From: Halalkalibacterium halodurans
Lineage (GTDB): Bacteria; Bacillota; Bacilli; Bacillales; Bacillaceae_D
Assembly (NCBI RefSeq): GCF_004376175.1
Contig: NZ_SNUY01000031.1
Span: 1 to 32,000 of the forward strand
Length of the DNA: 32,000 nucleotides
Direction: 5' to 3'
Shown: positions 7,770 to 16,522 of the stretch, in pieces
How positions within the stretch are numbered: the stretch's first letter is position 1
Layout of the letters: each line of letters opens with the position of its first letter
Notes under the pieces: generated by a model
Told to the model about the DNA's origin: nothing
Databases searched by the model: none
The model's input: the letters and a program-made list of their open reading frames with translations, nothing else
Position numbers and translations under genes: made by a program

Positions 7770-9263
7770 TTATTCACTCCTTTCTTTTAGTTCCCTCGTC
7801 AATTGCAAAATCCACGTTTTCAAATCGACAATTCGCAAAAACGGTGGCTGAGACTCGGTTCCCGCCACGAGTAACGGAATAAGGGAGTCATCGTTATGAA
7901 AGCCACCATGGCTTGCTCCGTTTTCATGATGGGGGGTACTTTCTCCGATAAATTCATGGCCTGGCTTTGTCGCGCAAACAACAAAATCACCGTCATGAGA
8001 GTGAAGGCAGCTATGAAGCCTTTTTAAGGCGTCAGGATACTCGCCAAACGACAGGTTCGACCCATTTACATTCAAATCAAGGACGGTGGTGTCGCCTTCA
8101 ATCGTCCACATCTGCTCATATACGTCTTTTACGTTTCCATTTTCCTTAAATCGCAGCGTGCCTTGTTTATCTCCAGAAATAACGTGAATCCACTCTTGCT
8201 CTTTCCACGCGATGACTTCAATTCGAGCGTCAGATTGTAGTTTTTTCGCAATTTCGTCTAATGGGAGAACGTCTGGATGCAAGGAGTAGACAAAGCAAGA
8301 ACGTAAATTCATCCCGAGTACGATTTGGTCATCAGGCTGCACACCTTTTCTTAACTTTGTGATTTTCCAAGGCTCCAGAAGGCGACGGAGATCCACTAGT
8401 GCCTGCTCTTTGTTTTCGCCAACCGTCGCTTGACCGTTATCACCCATAAGAATCCAAATGTTGCGCTCAAGGGCTTCTTCCCAAGAAGAAAACGCGTTTA
8501 ACAGTTGCTGTAGTTGTTCGTCCATTTGCTTTATGCCTTTTAGGTCCATTCGGCCATGCTTATGAACGCGCTTATCATGATCGGGCAAATAGACGATAGA
8601 GAAGTGGGGGATCATGTCCTGTTCAACAAAATAGGTAAATTCCTGTATGGAAAAGTGGTTGTTAAAACCGTATTTATTCCAAACATGACTGTATTTTGTC
8701 CATGGGCTCATTTTTGAAAACTTCCCGTACACAAAGTGCGAAGGGCCTTTGGTTGGGATGGTCCGATCTAACGGAACAAACAAGCGGAGCAAGCGAGGTA
8801 GCTTTAACTCATTTTCAACAGACCCTCGATAAACGAGCGCATTGACCGAAGCGGCTGTCTTCCCTTCTTGATAGAGGTCTTCATAAATCGTTGTAACATT
8901 AGGGTTTAAATGCTCGTTGTTTAAACGATAAAACGTGTCATATACACACCTTGATAAACCGAGCTTCATCTGTTCTATGACATGGGTTCCATAATTAATA
9001 ATTCGCTGTTCTTTTTGATTAAACCAAGCTAACGCGGGGATGTGATGCTGATCTGAATAGTGGCCAGTGATAAACGTACTTTCCACATTGACAGACATCG
9101 TTGGAAAAGGAGCAACGACATCAGGATAATAATGGTTTGCTTTCTCCATGAAAAACTGTAATGCCGGCAATGACTCTTCCTCTAACGCCCGTTGTAGAGG
9201 TTCGTCCATTAATGTATCAAGCATCATCATGATCACATGTTCACGTGGATTGTTCTCAGACAT
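7770..9263 (-). CDS. Alkaline-phosphatase-superfamily protein (nucleotide pyrophosphatase/phosphodiesterase-like), cytoplasmic
   Basis: 497 aa. N-terminal metal/nucleophile motif VIMMMLDTLMD and C-terminal GASHGGFHNDDSLIPLL. No signal peptide or TM segment is evident. SD aaggaagg is present. Confidence 0.75.
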   Translation of the reverse strand: MSENNPREHVIMMMLDTLMDEPLQRALEEESLPALQFFMEKANHYYPDVVAPFPTMSVNVESTFITGHYSDQHHIPALAWFNQKEQRIINYGTHVIEQMKLGLSRCVYDTFYRLNNEHLNPNVTTIYEDLYQEGKTAASVNALVYRGSVENELKLPRLLRLFVPLDRTIPTKGPSHFVYGKFSKMSPWTKYSHVWNKYGFNNHFSIQEFTYFVEQDMIPHFSIVYLPDHDKRVHKHGRMDLKGIKQMDEQLQQLLNAFSSWEEALERNIWILMGDNGQATVGENKEQALVDLRRLLEPWKITKLRKGVQPDDQIVLGMNLRSCFVYSLHPDVLPLDEIAKKLQSDARIEVIAWKEQEWIHVISGDKQGTLRFKENGNVKDVYEQMWTIEGDTTVLDLNVNGSNLSFGEYPDALKRLHSCLHSHDGDFVVCATKPGHEFIGESTPHHENGASHGGFHNDDSLIPLLVAGTESQPPFLRIVDLKTWILQLTRELKERSE

Positions 9264-9357
9264 GTCAACCTTCCTTTGATCGAAAAATGTAAGTTGTCAC
9301 TTAGTATGATAAACTCCGCCAAATTTATACTTTTGTTGCTTATCGTGATGCGATTTC

Positions 9358-9379
9358 TTTGAAGATGATTTGAAGATGA
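9358..9379. repeat. Perfect tandem duplication of an 11-bp unit (tttgaagatga x2) in a divergent promoter region
   Basis: 9358-9368 and 9369-9379 are identical. On the minus strand this reads TCATC-TTCAAA-TCATC-TTCAAA. Confidence 0.9.
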
Positions 9380-9478
9380 ATGGAAGGAATTGAGCAACAA
9401 TCCATTGAATGATTCACACGCCCCTTTGTCACAATATATAAGGACGATCATGGCTTCGACATCTTTGAAAGAGAGGAA

Positions 9479-10609
9479 ATGAAAATGGAACGAGGACCAT
9501 TGATATTTTCCGCTTCTATAGGCAATGGACATAATCAGGCTGCCAAAGCCCTTCAAGTGGAGTTTCAAAACAAAGGATATCAACCAGAAATCATTGATAC
9601 GTTTTATTCGTTAAGTCCGGCCTTACACAAATTTATGCTTACGAGCTATGTAAACTTGCTCAAGGTGGGTCCAAGGATCTGGAAAAAGATTTACTTTCAA
9701 GCGGAAAAATATCCGTTATTTTTGTTTTTAGATCAGTTTGCTACTTTCTTTGTAGAAAGCCTCCATGCGACTGTGAAAAGCAACCGGTGTTCCTTTTTAG
9801 TTTCCACCCATCCGTTTGTCACCGCCTTTCTCGTTCGTTTAAAAAGCAAGAAGCAGTTAAATCTGCCGTTATATACAGTGATTACCGATTTCGTTCTTCA
9901 CCCAGCCTATCTCCGCCCTGAAATTGATGGCTACTTTACAAGTGATCCGAACTTTACCGACTTTGCGAAATTGAACAACGTATCCGATGATCGCTTCTTT
10001 CCAACGGGTATCCCGATTCCTAATCTGGAATCAATCGATCAACCGAAATGGAAAGTGAGGAACGATCTAGGATTAGACCCTCAACGTAAAGTATTGATTA
10101 TTGCAGGAGGGGGCATTGGCTTAACCAATTACGCTCAAGTGATCCGCGCCCTTGAATGTTTACCCGAGCCCATTCAACTGTTATGTATGATTGGTCACAA
10201 TTACCAGGTGAAAGAAAAAATTTCACGAATCAAAAGCAAACACGAGCTAAAAGTAATCGAATTTACCGATAAATTTTTACTCTACCTCAAAGCAAGCGAT
10301 GCGATTTTGTCTAAGGCCGGGGGCTTAACGATGGCTGAATCATTAGTGTGTGAGACGCCAATTATCATTCACCAGCCAGTGCCTGGTCATGAGGAACACA
10401 ACGCAAAATTTTTAATTGACGCTGGCGCAGCGCTAAGGGTAAAGGGAAGCAAGGAAATTCCTACAACAATCAAGCGAGTTCTTTACGAAGAAGCGTGCTT
10501 TGGTCCGATGATCGAAAATGCGAGAAAACTAAAAAAACCAAATGCTGCCAATGAGATTGTGGAGCAGATGTTGCTTTTAGTGAAGGAACAGCAGCACGCC
10601 TTCCGCTAG
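9479..10609 (+). CDS. GT28-family glycosyltransferase, UgtP-like diacylglycerol glucosyltransferase (MGDG-synthase N-domain)
   Basis: 376 aa. N-terminal LIFSASIGNGHNQAAKAL parallels UgtP ILTANYGNGHVQVAKTL. Other motifs: ITDFVLH and KAGGLTMAE...PGHEEHNAKF. The start is 9479 or 9485. Confidence 0.85.
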   Translation: MKMERGPLIFSASIGNGHNQAAKALQVEFQNKGYQPEIIDTFYSLSPALHKFMLTSYVNLLKVGPRIWKKIYFQAEKYPLFLFLDQFATFFVESLHATVKSNRCSFLVSTHPFVTAFLVRLKSKKQLNLPLYTVITDFVLHPAYLRPEIDGYFTSDPNFTDFAKLNNVSDDRFFPTGIPIPNLESIDQPKWKVRNDLGLDPQRKVLIIAGGGIGLTNYAQVIRALECLPEPIQLLCMIGHNYQVKEKISRIKSKHELKVIEFTDKFLLYLKASDAILSKAGGLTMAESLVCETPIIIHQPVPGHEEHNAKFLIDAGAALRVKGSKEIPTTIKRVLYEEACFGPMIENARKLKKPNAANEIVEQMLLLVKEQQHAFR

Positions 10610-10614
10610 CTAAG

Positions 10615-10650
10615 AAAAGATCACCAATCAAATGAGTGTGATCTTTTTTC
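10615..10650 (+). terminator. Intrinsic terminator after the glycosyltransferase gene
   Basis: aaaagatcac (10615-10624) pairs with gtgatctttt (10638-10647) and runs into a T tract. Confidence 0.8.
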
Positions 10651-10937
10651 GTGTAGTTCTTTTGATCTGATTTTAAAATGAGGCAAAAGACCTTAAAAGT
10701 AAAGAAGATCAAGGGTGGACGCGAAAAGACAAAAAAAACATACTAAAACGGTTGAAATTGACAAAGAAATACGTTGAAACTACTATAGATTGAGGAAATA
10801 ACCGATAGTACCTGGGCGACTGATTTTTCTATTAAATAAATCTTCTTGACTTTTAAAGGATGGTGTTATTATTACAGAAAAATCCAGTTCTTGATACATG
10901 TGAAATGCTGAGCGAATAAGTATCTGTCGATTTTTGA

Positions 10938-11120
10938 TTCAGGACGTCGGTTGAAAATGAGGAGGAAAACATTGATTATCCAGCAAAATATATTGTGAAA
11001 CTTCGATTAGAGGCGACAAAAGAGTTGTTGTTAGAAAATCCAGGATTAACAATTAAAGATATAGCCTATGTTGTTGGTTTTGAAGATCCTAGTTATCTCA
11101 GTCGTATATTTAAACGAGAG
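10938..11120 (+). pseudogene. C-terminal remnant of an AraC/XylS-family regulator (second HTH only)
   Basis: The frame is open from the in-frame TGA at 10935. ...KLRLEATKELLLENPGLTIKDIAYVVGFEDPSYLSRIFKRE matches the AraC signature (IA..VGF.D.SYFSR.FK). The ligand-binding domain and first HTH are absent. Confidence 0.65.
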
Positions 11121-11131
11121 AAGTTTTTTGG

Positions 11132-11654
11132 ATGCAGCAGAATGAGCCTACGTTCGGGCAAACATTTTCAAACGCTCAACTTAGTAAACTTCTAGGCATT
11201 CCTGAACAATATATGGATACTCGTTATCCGATTCAAGAAGTGGAAACGGGATTACCCGTGATCATTGTGCCGTTAATCTCTTTACATGCCGTAAAAAAAG
11301 TAAGAATTGAAAAAGAGCATTATTACCGATTGATTGAACAAACCAACGCAAAAGGAATCCTTGTGTTTTCTCCAGAAACATACCATGAGGAAAATGATTT
11401 AAATGTTCGAGACTTTGCAGATTATTATGGAATTCCTGAAGATCCTGCGACTAGGAGCTCAAACGGCTGTTTAGCCGCTTATTTAGTAAAATATCGCTAT
11501 TTAGGTACAGATCGCATCGATGTTCGTGTAGAGCAAGGTTATGAAATAGGCAGGTCATCTTTGTTGTTTTTACGAGCTTTTCAAAAAAAAATCAATCAAC
11601 GTCTCGGTTGGAGGAAAGGTTGAAAAAATAGCACAGCGAGAGTGGCTCCTTTAA
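11132..11654 (+). pseudogene. C-terminal half of a second PhzF-family gene, 5'-truncated and frameshifted in an A9 run
   Basis: EPTFGQ...LGIPEQYMD...ETGLPVIIVPL...EDPATRSSNGCLAAYL match the PhzF C-domain, and about 125 N-terminal codons are missing. After the A-run at 11583-11591 the conserved end SINVSVGGKVEKIAQREWLL-stop continues in the +1 frame to 11654. Confidence 0.7.
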
Positions 11655-11692
11655 TCTTAATGTGATTAAGCTGTGTAAGAAAAAATTTTTTC

Positions 11693-11721
11693 TTGACATT
11701 GTTATTCCATTTTCATATGAT
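11693..11721 (+). promoter_or_regulatory. SigA-type promoter of the TetR-MFS-azoreductase operon
   Basis: TTGACA (11693-11698), 17-nt spacer, TATGAT (11716-11721). Confidence 0.6.
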
Positions 11722-11735
11722 AAGATCAACAAGAA

Positions 11736-11757
11736 TGACAGTCACTACTGACAGTCA
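11736..11757. promoter_or_regulatory. Candidate TetR operator 1 (imperfect 22-bp palindrome)
   Basis: tgacagtcactactgacagtca is 18/22 self-complementary, with core GTCAcTAcTGAC. It lies just downstream of the -10 element. Confidence 0.5.
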
Positions 11758-11774
11758 GGGAGTGGGCATATCAA

Positions 11775-12365
11775 ATGACAAACAACCATCTCGGTACAAG
11801 TGAGAAGTTGATGATAGCAGCAATCGACCTCATATCAGAAAGAGGGTACAATGGTGTCACCACGTTAGAGATAGCAGCCGCCGCTGGATTTAGCGAAAAA
11901 ACATTGTTTCGCCACTTTGGCAGCAAGCAAAATTTACTCGAGCAAGCTTTCGATCGGTTTCATTATGGAGAGGAAATGAAGGGATTATTTAAAGAAAAGC
12001 TCGTTTGGGATTTGCATGAAGATTTACTTATGATTAGCCAAACGTATCACACGATTATGAACCGCAACCGAAAGATGATACAGATTGCCATAAAAGAAGG
12101 AAAGAATTTACCGGGGTTTCGTGAAAGGACTCATCGTCATCCCCAACAATTAAAAGAATTTTTAACCACCTATTTTTCGGAAATGATCAAGAAAAGGAAA
12201 ATGATTGACGTTCATCCTGAACATACGGCTGTTTCTTTTATGCTCTTGAATTTTGGCGCGTTTATTAATGAACTTGACTCCGATAAGAAAAGGTTTACAA
12301 ATGTATCACTTGAGGAATTTATTACGAACAGTGTCCGAGTATTCACTAGGGGATTGACCCCCTAG
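11775..12365 (+). CDS. TetR/AcrR-family transcriptional regulator
   Basis: 196 aa with an N-terminal HTH, ERGYNGVTTLEIAAAAGFSEKTLFRHFGSKQNLL. Confidence 0.9.
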   Translation: MTNNHLGTSEKLMIAAIDLISERGYNGVTTLEIAAAAGFSEKTLFRHFGSKQNLLEQAFDRFHYGEEMKGLFKEKLVWDLHEDLLMISQTYHTIMNRNRKMIQIAIKEGKNLPGFRERTHRHPQQLKEFLTTYFSEMIKKRKMIDVHPEHTAVSFMLLNFGAFINELDSDKKRFTNVSLEEFITNSVRVFTRGLTP

Positions 12366-12382
12366 TTTTTCTAACAACAGAA

Positions 12383-12400
12383 TGTCAGTCAGTACTGACG
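12383..12400. promoter_or_regulatory. Candidate TetR operator 2 (perfect 12-bp palindrome gtcagtactgac)
   Basis: 12388-12399 is perfectly self-complementary and shares tg(a/t)cagtca(c/g)tactgac with operator 1. It lies between the tetR stop and the MFS start. Confidence 0.5.
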
Positions 12401-12428
12401 TTCCTCTATAGGAAAGGTGGTTATCACA

Positions 12429-13808
12429 ATGATAGAAGAGAATCAAAAACGAGGGAAACTCTTAATGCGGATCGTTATGTGCACCCTTGCTCTTTCAGCG
12501 ATGAGTGTGCTCATATTCAACTTTGTCCTCGCGGATATTCAAGACACGTTTCAGATTTCGACAGCACAGGTAAGTTGGGTCACGTCTGTTTATGGCTTGA
12601 TTTATGGCATCGGTACGGTTATTTATGGAAAACTCGCGGATCGCTATCGATTAAAGCATGTGTTGACATTTGGTCTCATCATTTTCGCTTCTGGCTCGTT
12701 GATTGGATTGATGTCGCAAACGTTCTCTGTACTTTTATTTGCCAGATGCTTGCAGGCGGCCGGTGCTTCTGCGATACCGGCGACGGCCATGCTCATTCCA
12801 TTACGGTATTTTCCTCCTGAAAAAAGAGGTTCAGCAATAGCCACGGCATTCGTAGGGTTAGCGCTCGGAACCGCGCTAGGCCCGATCGTTTCTGCATTGA
12901 TTGTCAGCTTTGCCCATTGGCGCTGGTTGTTCTGTGTACCGCTCTTCATCTTGCTCACCCTGCCTTTTTACCACAAGTATTTACAGGAAGATGAAGCACA
13001 TCAGTCAGGAGGAACCATTGATTGGATAGGAGGTGGTTTCCTTGCAATAACAGTTACGTTTCTCCTTCTCAGCATTACAAATGGCACGTTGCTATTAGCA
13101 GTAGGGAGTGCAGTCCCGCTGGGGTTATTCATTTTTCGTATTCGCTCAACATCTGAGCCATTCATTGAGTCTCAGCTATTTAAAAATAAAGCCTATACGA
13201 TAGGTTTGGCTATGGCATTCCTCATAAGTGGAATCGGGGTTTCCCTCTATTTCCTCAGTCCGTTGCTCTTAGCTGAAGTTCAACAACTGCCTGCTAACTG
13301 GAGTGGCTTTTTCATGGTTCCTGCCGCGGTAGCGTCAGCACTTATGGGGCGGAAAGGAGGGAAACTCGCCGATACGAAAGGGAATCCATTTTTGTTTTTC
13401 ACTGCCTCTGGATTGCTCATTGGTTGCTTCTTCTTGCTTGCACTCTTTACCTGGGCTTCACCCGTGTTCATAGCTGCATTCTTGATTTTGGGCAACGTGG
13501 GGCAAACGTTTATGATGGTTGCGATTTCGAACTCGGTTTCAATGACACTGGCGAAAAAGGAAGAAGGTGTTGGGATGGGGCTATTAGCATTAATGAACTT
13601 TTTGTCTACAGCGATGGCGGTAGGAGTGTATGGAAAGGTTATCGATCTAGGCTCCCAATCCCATTGGCTTTCTATGAATGTAGAGCCCAATGTACTCACC
13701 TACAGCAATATCTTTTTCGTCTTAGCGATATTGCACCTGTTGGTTCTCGCTCTTTATGTGGGGTTGGCTAAGGTGAAACAAAAGAAAATGTACGCAAAAA
13801 ATATGTAA
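12429..13808 (+). CDS. MFS drug/H+ antiporter-type transporter
   Basis: About 459 aa and highly hydrophobic with many TM segments. MFS motif GKLADRYRLK. The ATG at 12429 lies 8 nt after aaggtgg. The ORF-track start is 12417. Confidence 0.9.
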   Translation: MIEENQKRGKLLMRIVMCTLALSAMSVLIFNFVLADIQDTFQISTAQVSWVTSVYGLIYGIGTVIYGKLADRYRLKHVLTFGLIIFASGSLIGLMSQTFSVLLFARCLQAAGASAIPATAMLIPLRYFPPEKRGSAIATAFVGLALGTALGPIVSALIVSFAHWRWLFCVPLFILLTLPFYHKYLQEDEAHQSGGTIDWIGGGFLAITVTFLLLSITNGTLLLAVGSAVPLGLFIFRIRSTSEPFIESQLFKNKAYTIGLAMAFLISGIGVSLYFLSPLLLAEVQQLPANWSGFFMVPAAVASALMGRKGGKLADTKGNPFLFFTASGLLIGCFFLLALFTWASPVFIAAFLILGNVGQTFMMVAISNSVSMTLAKKEEGVGMGLLALMNFLSTAMAVGVYGKVIDLGSQSHWLSMNVEPNVLTYSNIFFVLAILHLLVLALYVGLAKVKQKKMYAKNM

Positions 13809-13823
13809 GGGGAATGATAATTA

Positions 13824-14435
13824 ATGGAAACTTTATTTGTAAAGGCGAATGATCGAGAAAATTCTGTAACAGGACTACTTTATGAGGCTTTTATTAGTAC
13901 CTACAAAGCATTAAACCCTAATGATTCGATTGTAGAACTCGACTTATTTCAGGAACACATGCCGTACTTAAATGCGCTAATGATTGAAGTAAACTATAAA
14001 GCAGCACAAGGAATTCCATTATCAATTTCTGAAGAAGAAGTTAATCACATCGTAAAAAGACACCTGAATCAATTTTTAGCAGCAGATAAAATCGTCTTCG
14101 CCTTTCCGCTCTGGAACTTAACTGTACCCGCTGTCTTGCACACGTATCTTGATTACTTGCACCACCCACGTAAAACCTTTACGTATACGGAAGAAGGCTT
14201 GGTCGGTTTATTACCGAATAAAAAGGTCGCCTTGTTAAATGCAAGGGGTGGTGTGTATGCAGAGGATGATCGATCAGAGATGGCCGTTTCATTCGTGAAA
14301 AATCACTTAAACGTATTTGGAATCACGGACATTACTACCGTCATTATTGAAGGGCACAATCAATTTCCCGATCGAAGTGAGACCATTATACAGAAAGGTC
14401 TCCAAAAAGCGAAGCAAGTGGCAAAAACTTTTTAA
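13824..14435 (+). CDS. azoR: FMN-dependent NADH-azoreductase
   Basis: 203 aa. [21 protein letters not shown]...[29 protein letters not shown] is colinear with the Bacillus AzoR1/AzoR2 pattern (P.WNFS.P..VK.YLD...GKTFKYTE.GPVGLL). Confidence 0.9.
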   Translation: METLFVKANDRENSVTGLLYEAFISTYKALNPNDSIVELDLFQEHMPYLNALMIEVNYKAAQGIPLSISEEEVNHIVKRHLNQFLAADKIVFAFPLWNLTVPAVLHTYLDYLHHPRKTFTYTEEGLVGLLPNKKVALLNARGGVYAEDDRSEMAVSFVKNHLNVFGITDITTVIIEGHNQFPDRSETIIQKGLQKAKQVAKTF

Positions 14436-14446
14436 AATGAACCGAT

Positions 14447-14492
14447 AAACACCTTGAATGTTCTTTCCCCGGATAGAGGATTCAAGGTGTTT
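14447..14492 (+). terminator. Long hairpin after azoR
   Basis: aaacaccttgaat (14447-14459) pairs with attcaaggtgttt (14480-14492), a 13-bp perfect stem. The U tail is short. Confidence 0.6.
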
Positions 14493-14627
14493 CACGTGAA
14501 TGCGATTCGAAGGCAGAAAGGAATTCTTTTCGACTATCATTAGGATGATAAGAAAGTATAATCAAAATTCATAAATAATCCTAACTTTTCTTATAAATAA
14601 AATTCGATACAATGAAAGAAAGGGGGA

Positions 14628-15095
14628 ATGAAATTGAATATTCATGTTACTATTCGTGAAGCGACAGAGGGAGACTTAGAGCAAATGGTTCATATGCTCG
14701 CTGATGACGTGTTAGGCCGTAAACGGGAGCGTTATGAAAAGCCACTACCAGTAAGCTACGTCCGCGCATTTAAAGAAATTAAAAAAGATAAGAATAATGA
14801 GTTAATTGTCGCTTGTAATGGGGAAGAGATCGTCGGTATGTTGCAAGTAACATTTACCCCATACCTTACGTATCAAGGGAGCTGGCGAGCAACGATTGAA
14901 GGGGTAAGAACTCATTCAGCTGCACGCGGCCAAGGAATCGGGAGCCAATTGGTATGTTGGGCCATCGAGCGAGCAAAGGAACGAGGCTGCCACCTCATTC
15001 AACTGACAACAGATAAACAGCGTCCCGACGCTTTGCGTTTTTATGAGCAGCTAGGCTTTAAAGCTTCTCACGAAGGACTTAAAATGCACTTTTAA
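14628..15095 (+). CDS. GNAT-family N-acetyltransferase
   Basis: 155 aa. Acetyl-CoA motif RGQGIGSQLVCWAIERAKERG and the ending RFYEQLGF. The TTG at 14634 has better SD spacing than the ATG at 14628. Confidence 0.9.
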   Translation: MKLNIHVTIREATEGDLEQMVHMLADDVLGRKRERYEKPLPVSYVRAFKEIKKDKNNELIVACNGEEIVGMLQVTFTPYLTYQGSWRATIEGVRTHSAARGQGIGSQLVCWAIERAKERGCHLIQLTTDKQRPDALRFYEQLGFKASHEGLKMHF

Positions 15096-15120
15096 GCTTT
15101 TGTATCATGAGCGTTGATTA

Positions 15121-15153
15121 GACTTCGTCTTTGAAATACCTCAAAGCGAAGTC
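15121..15153. terminator. Strong hairpin between convergent genes
   Basis: gacttcg-t-ctttga (15121-15134) pairs with tcaaag-cgaagtc (15141-15153). No clear U tract on either side. Confidence 0.45.
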
Positions 15154-15163
15154 AGCAATCGCT

Positions 15164-15523
15164 CTAAATCGTATAAATAACCGCCAAGCGATACTGGATT
15201 TGTTTCAACCCAAGCATACACTCGTACTCATCCTGTTCTTGCACGCTCACTTTTAATCGTTCGATTTCTAACTCAATATCTTGGTAGTCTTCGAGCTCTC
15301 CTAAAAGTTGCATTTTCCATTTTTGATTGGCATAGTGCGCTTCAAAATCTTCGATGTTTGCTAGGGCTTCTTCCCATTTCTCATGTACAATTTGCTGCTG
15401 CAATTCCATTACTTGATCAAAAAGAAGCTCATCATTTTTCGTCTTAAATAAGTCTCCCACATTACAGCTAGACAATAATGTCAAAAGAAGAGCTGCTGTT
15501 ACGACGTATATAGGTTTTCCCAT
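15164..15523 (-). CDS. Small lipoprotein, DUF4363-like
   Basis: The ATG at 15523 follows SD gagggaggg. Signal peptide with lipobox LLSSC. The W..EA...IE.FE..W pattern and adjacency to a DUF421 gene fit the DUF4363 family, recalled from memory and not searched. Confidence 0.65.
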   Translation of the reverse strand: MGKPIYVVTAALLLTLLSSCNVGDLFKTKNDELLFDQVMELQQQIVHEKWEEALANIEDFEAHYANQKWKMQLLGELEDYQDIELEIERLKVSVQEQDEYECMLGLKQIQYRLAVIYTI

Positions 15524-15621
15524 TTTGATCCCTCCCTCGGTCAATAGAAGAAGTATGGTTTCCTTTAGTTTGCCCCATAATAAACAAAAAATCGCCTTTT
15601 TTTAAAGAGGGAGGAAAACAG

Positions 15622-16500
15622 ATGACTGATTTAGGGAATGTCTTGATACGAGGTGCCGTTGGCTTTTTAGTATTGTTAGTATTAGCCCGAATCATGGGGA
15701 AAAAGCATATCACCGATATGACGTATTATGAATACATCGTAGGCCTTGCAATTGGTAGCATTGCTGCGGAACTAACGTTTAGTCCACATGTAAGAATGTC
15801 GAACTTTTTATTTGGAATGATCATCTGGGCGATCTTTCCGATGGTTTTGTCAAAGCTTGAATTAAAGTCTTTTCGTTTTCGTTCCTTAGCGGAAGGTGAA
15901 CCAACGGTTTTAATCGAAAATGGAAAGATTCTTGAGGAAAACTTAAAAAAGGAAAACTTAACCGTTGATGAGCTAATGATTCACCTTAGACAAAAGGATG
16001 CGTTTAAACTTGATGACGTTGAATCTGCTGTAATGGAGAAGAGCGGACTCATAAGTGTTATGAAAAAAAGCAATGTTCAACCGCTCACCCCAAAGGATGC
16101 TGGACTAGTGATCGAGCTAGACCATTCTCCGCAAATTGTCATGATTGATGGGAATGTGCTCGAAAAAAGTTTGCAGGATTATGGATATACGAAAGAATGG
16201 TTGCTCGCAGAAGTGACAAAGCAAGGGGCAAAACGATTTGAGGATGTTTTTCTTGCCCAAATTGATTCAAAAGGGAACGTCTATGTCGATTTATACAATG
16301 ATCAACAATCAAACATGCCTGAAGTGAAACAAAAATTGTTAATGGCAGCAAACATTAAACAATTGCAGGCCGATCTCATCCAAATTTCCATGCAGGTGAC
16401 AGATGCTAAAACGAAGGAGCAATTTAAAGCGCATGCAAAGCAAATGGATCAACTCTTTCATGAGCTATCAGCACACATGGTAGAGACACCTTCCACTTAG
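15622..16500 (+). CDS. YetF-family membrane protein (DUF421) with an extra C-terminal tail of about 60 aa
   Basis: 292 aa with SD gggagg. The N-terminal TM region FLVLLVLARIMGKKHITDMTYYEYIVGLAIGSIAA is typical of YetF/DUF421. The soluble C-domain is followed by a Lys/Gln-rich helical tail. Confidence 0.85.
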   Translation: MTDLGNVLIRGAVGFLVLLVLARIMGKKHITDMTYYEYIVGLAIGSIAAELTFSPHVRMSNFLFGMIIWAIFPMVLSKLELKSFRFRSLAEGEPTVLIENGKILEENLKKENLTVDELMIHLRQKDAFKLDDVESAVMEKSGLISVMKKSNVQPLTPKDAGLVIELDHSPQIVMIDGNVLEKSLQDYGYTKEWLLAEVTKQGAKRFEDVFLAQIDSKGNVYVDLYNDQQSNMPEVKQKLLMAANIKQLQADLIQISMQVTDAKTKEQFKAHAKQMDQLFHELSAHMVETPST

Positions 16501-16522
16501 TCATAGATTTTTTGCGTAACAT

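Noticed and set aside
7404-7882. ORFs 7404-7640(-) and 7643-7882(+)
   Set aside because: The first is antisense within the lipid-kinase gene. The second overlaps the 3' end of the 497-aa gene and the 43-aa ORF on the opposite strand. Neither has an SD.
9233-9583. 116-aa ORF on the minus strand spanning the divergent promoter region
   Set aside because: It overlaps the 5' ends of both flanking, well-supported genes and runs through the AT-rich promoter spacer. It has no SD.
12479-13771. Alternative-frame and antisense ORFs within the MFS transporter gene
   Set aside because: They are embedded in a long hydrophobic MFS frame with clear family motifs, and are typical shadow ORFs.
14541-14600. 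Swapped complementary half-sites (ttaggat...ataagaaag / atcctaa...cttttcttat) upstream of the GNAT gene, which could form a pseudoknot
   Set aside because: The region is very AT-rich promoter DNA and the segments are short (7-9 nt). The pattern is plausible by chance, and there is no supporting context for a riboswitch in front of a GNAT gene.
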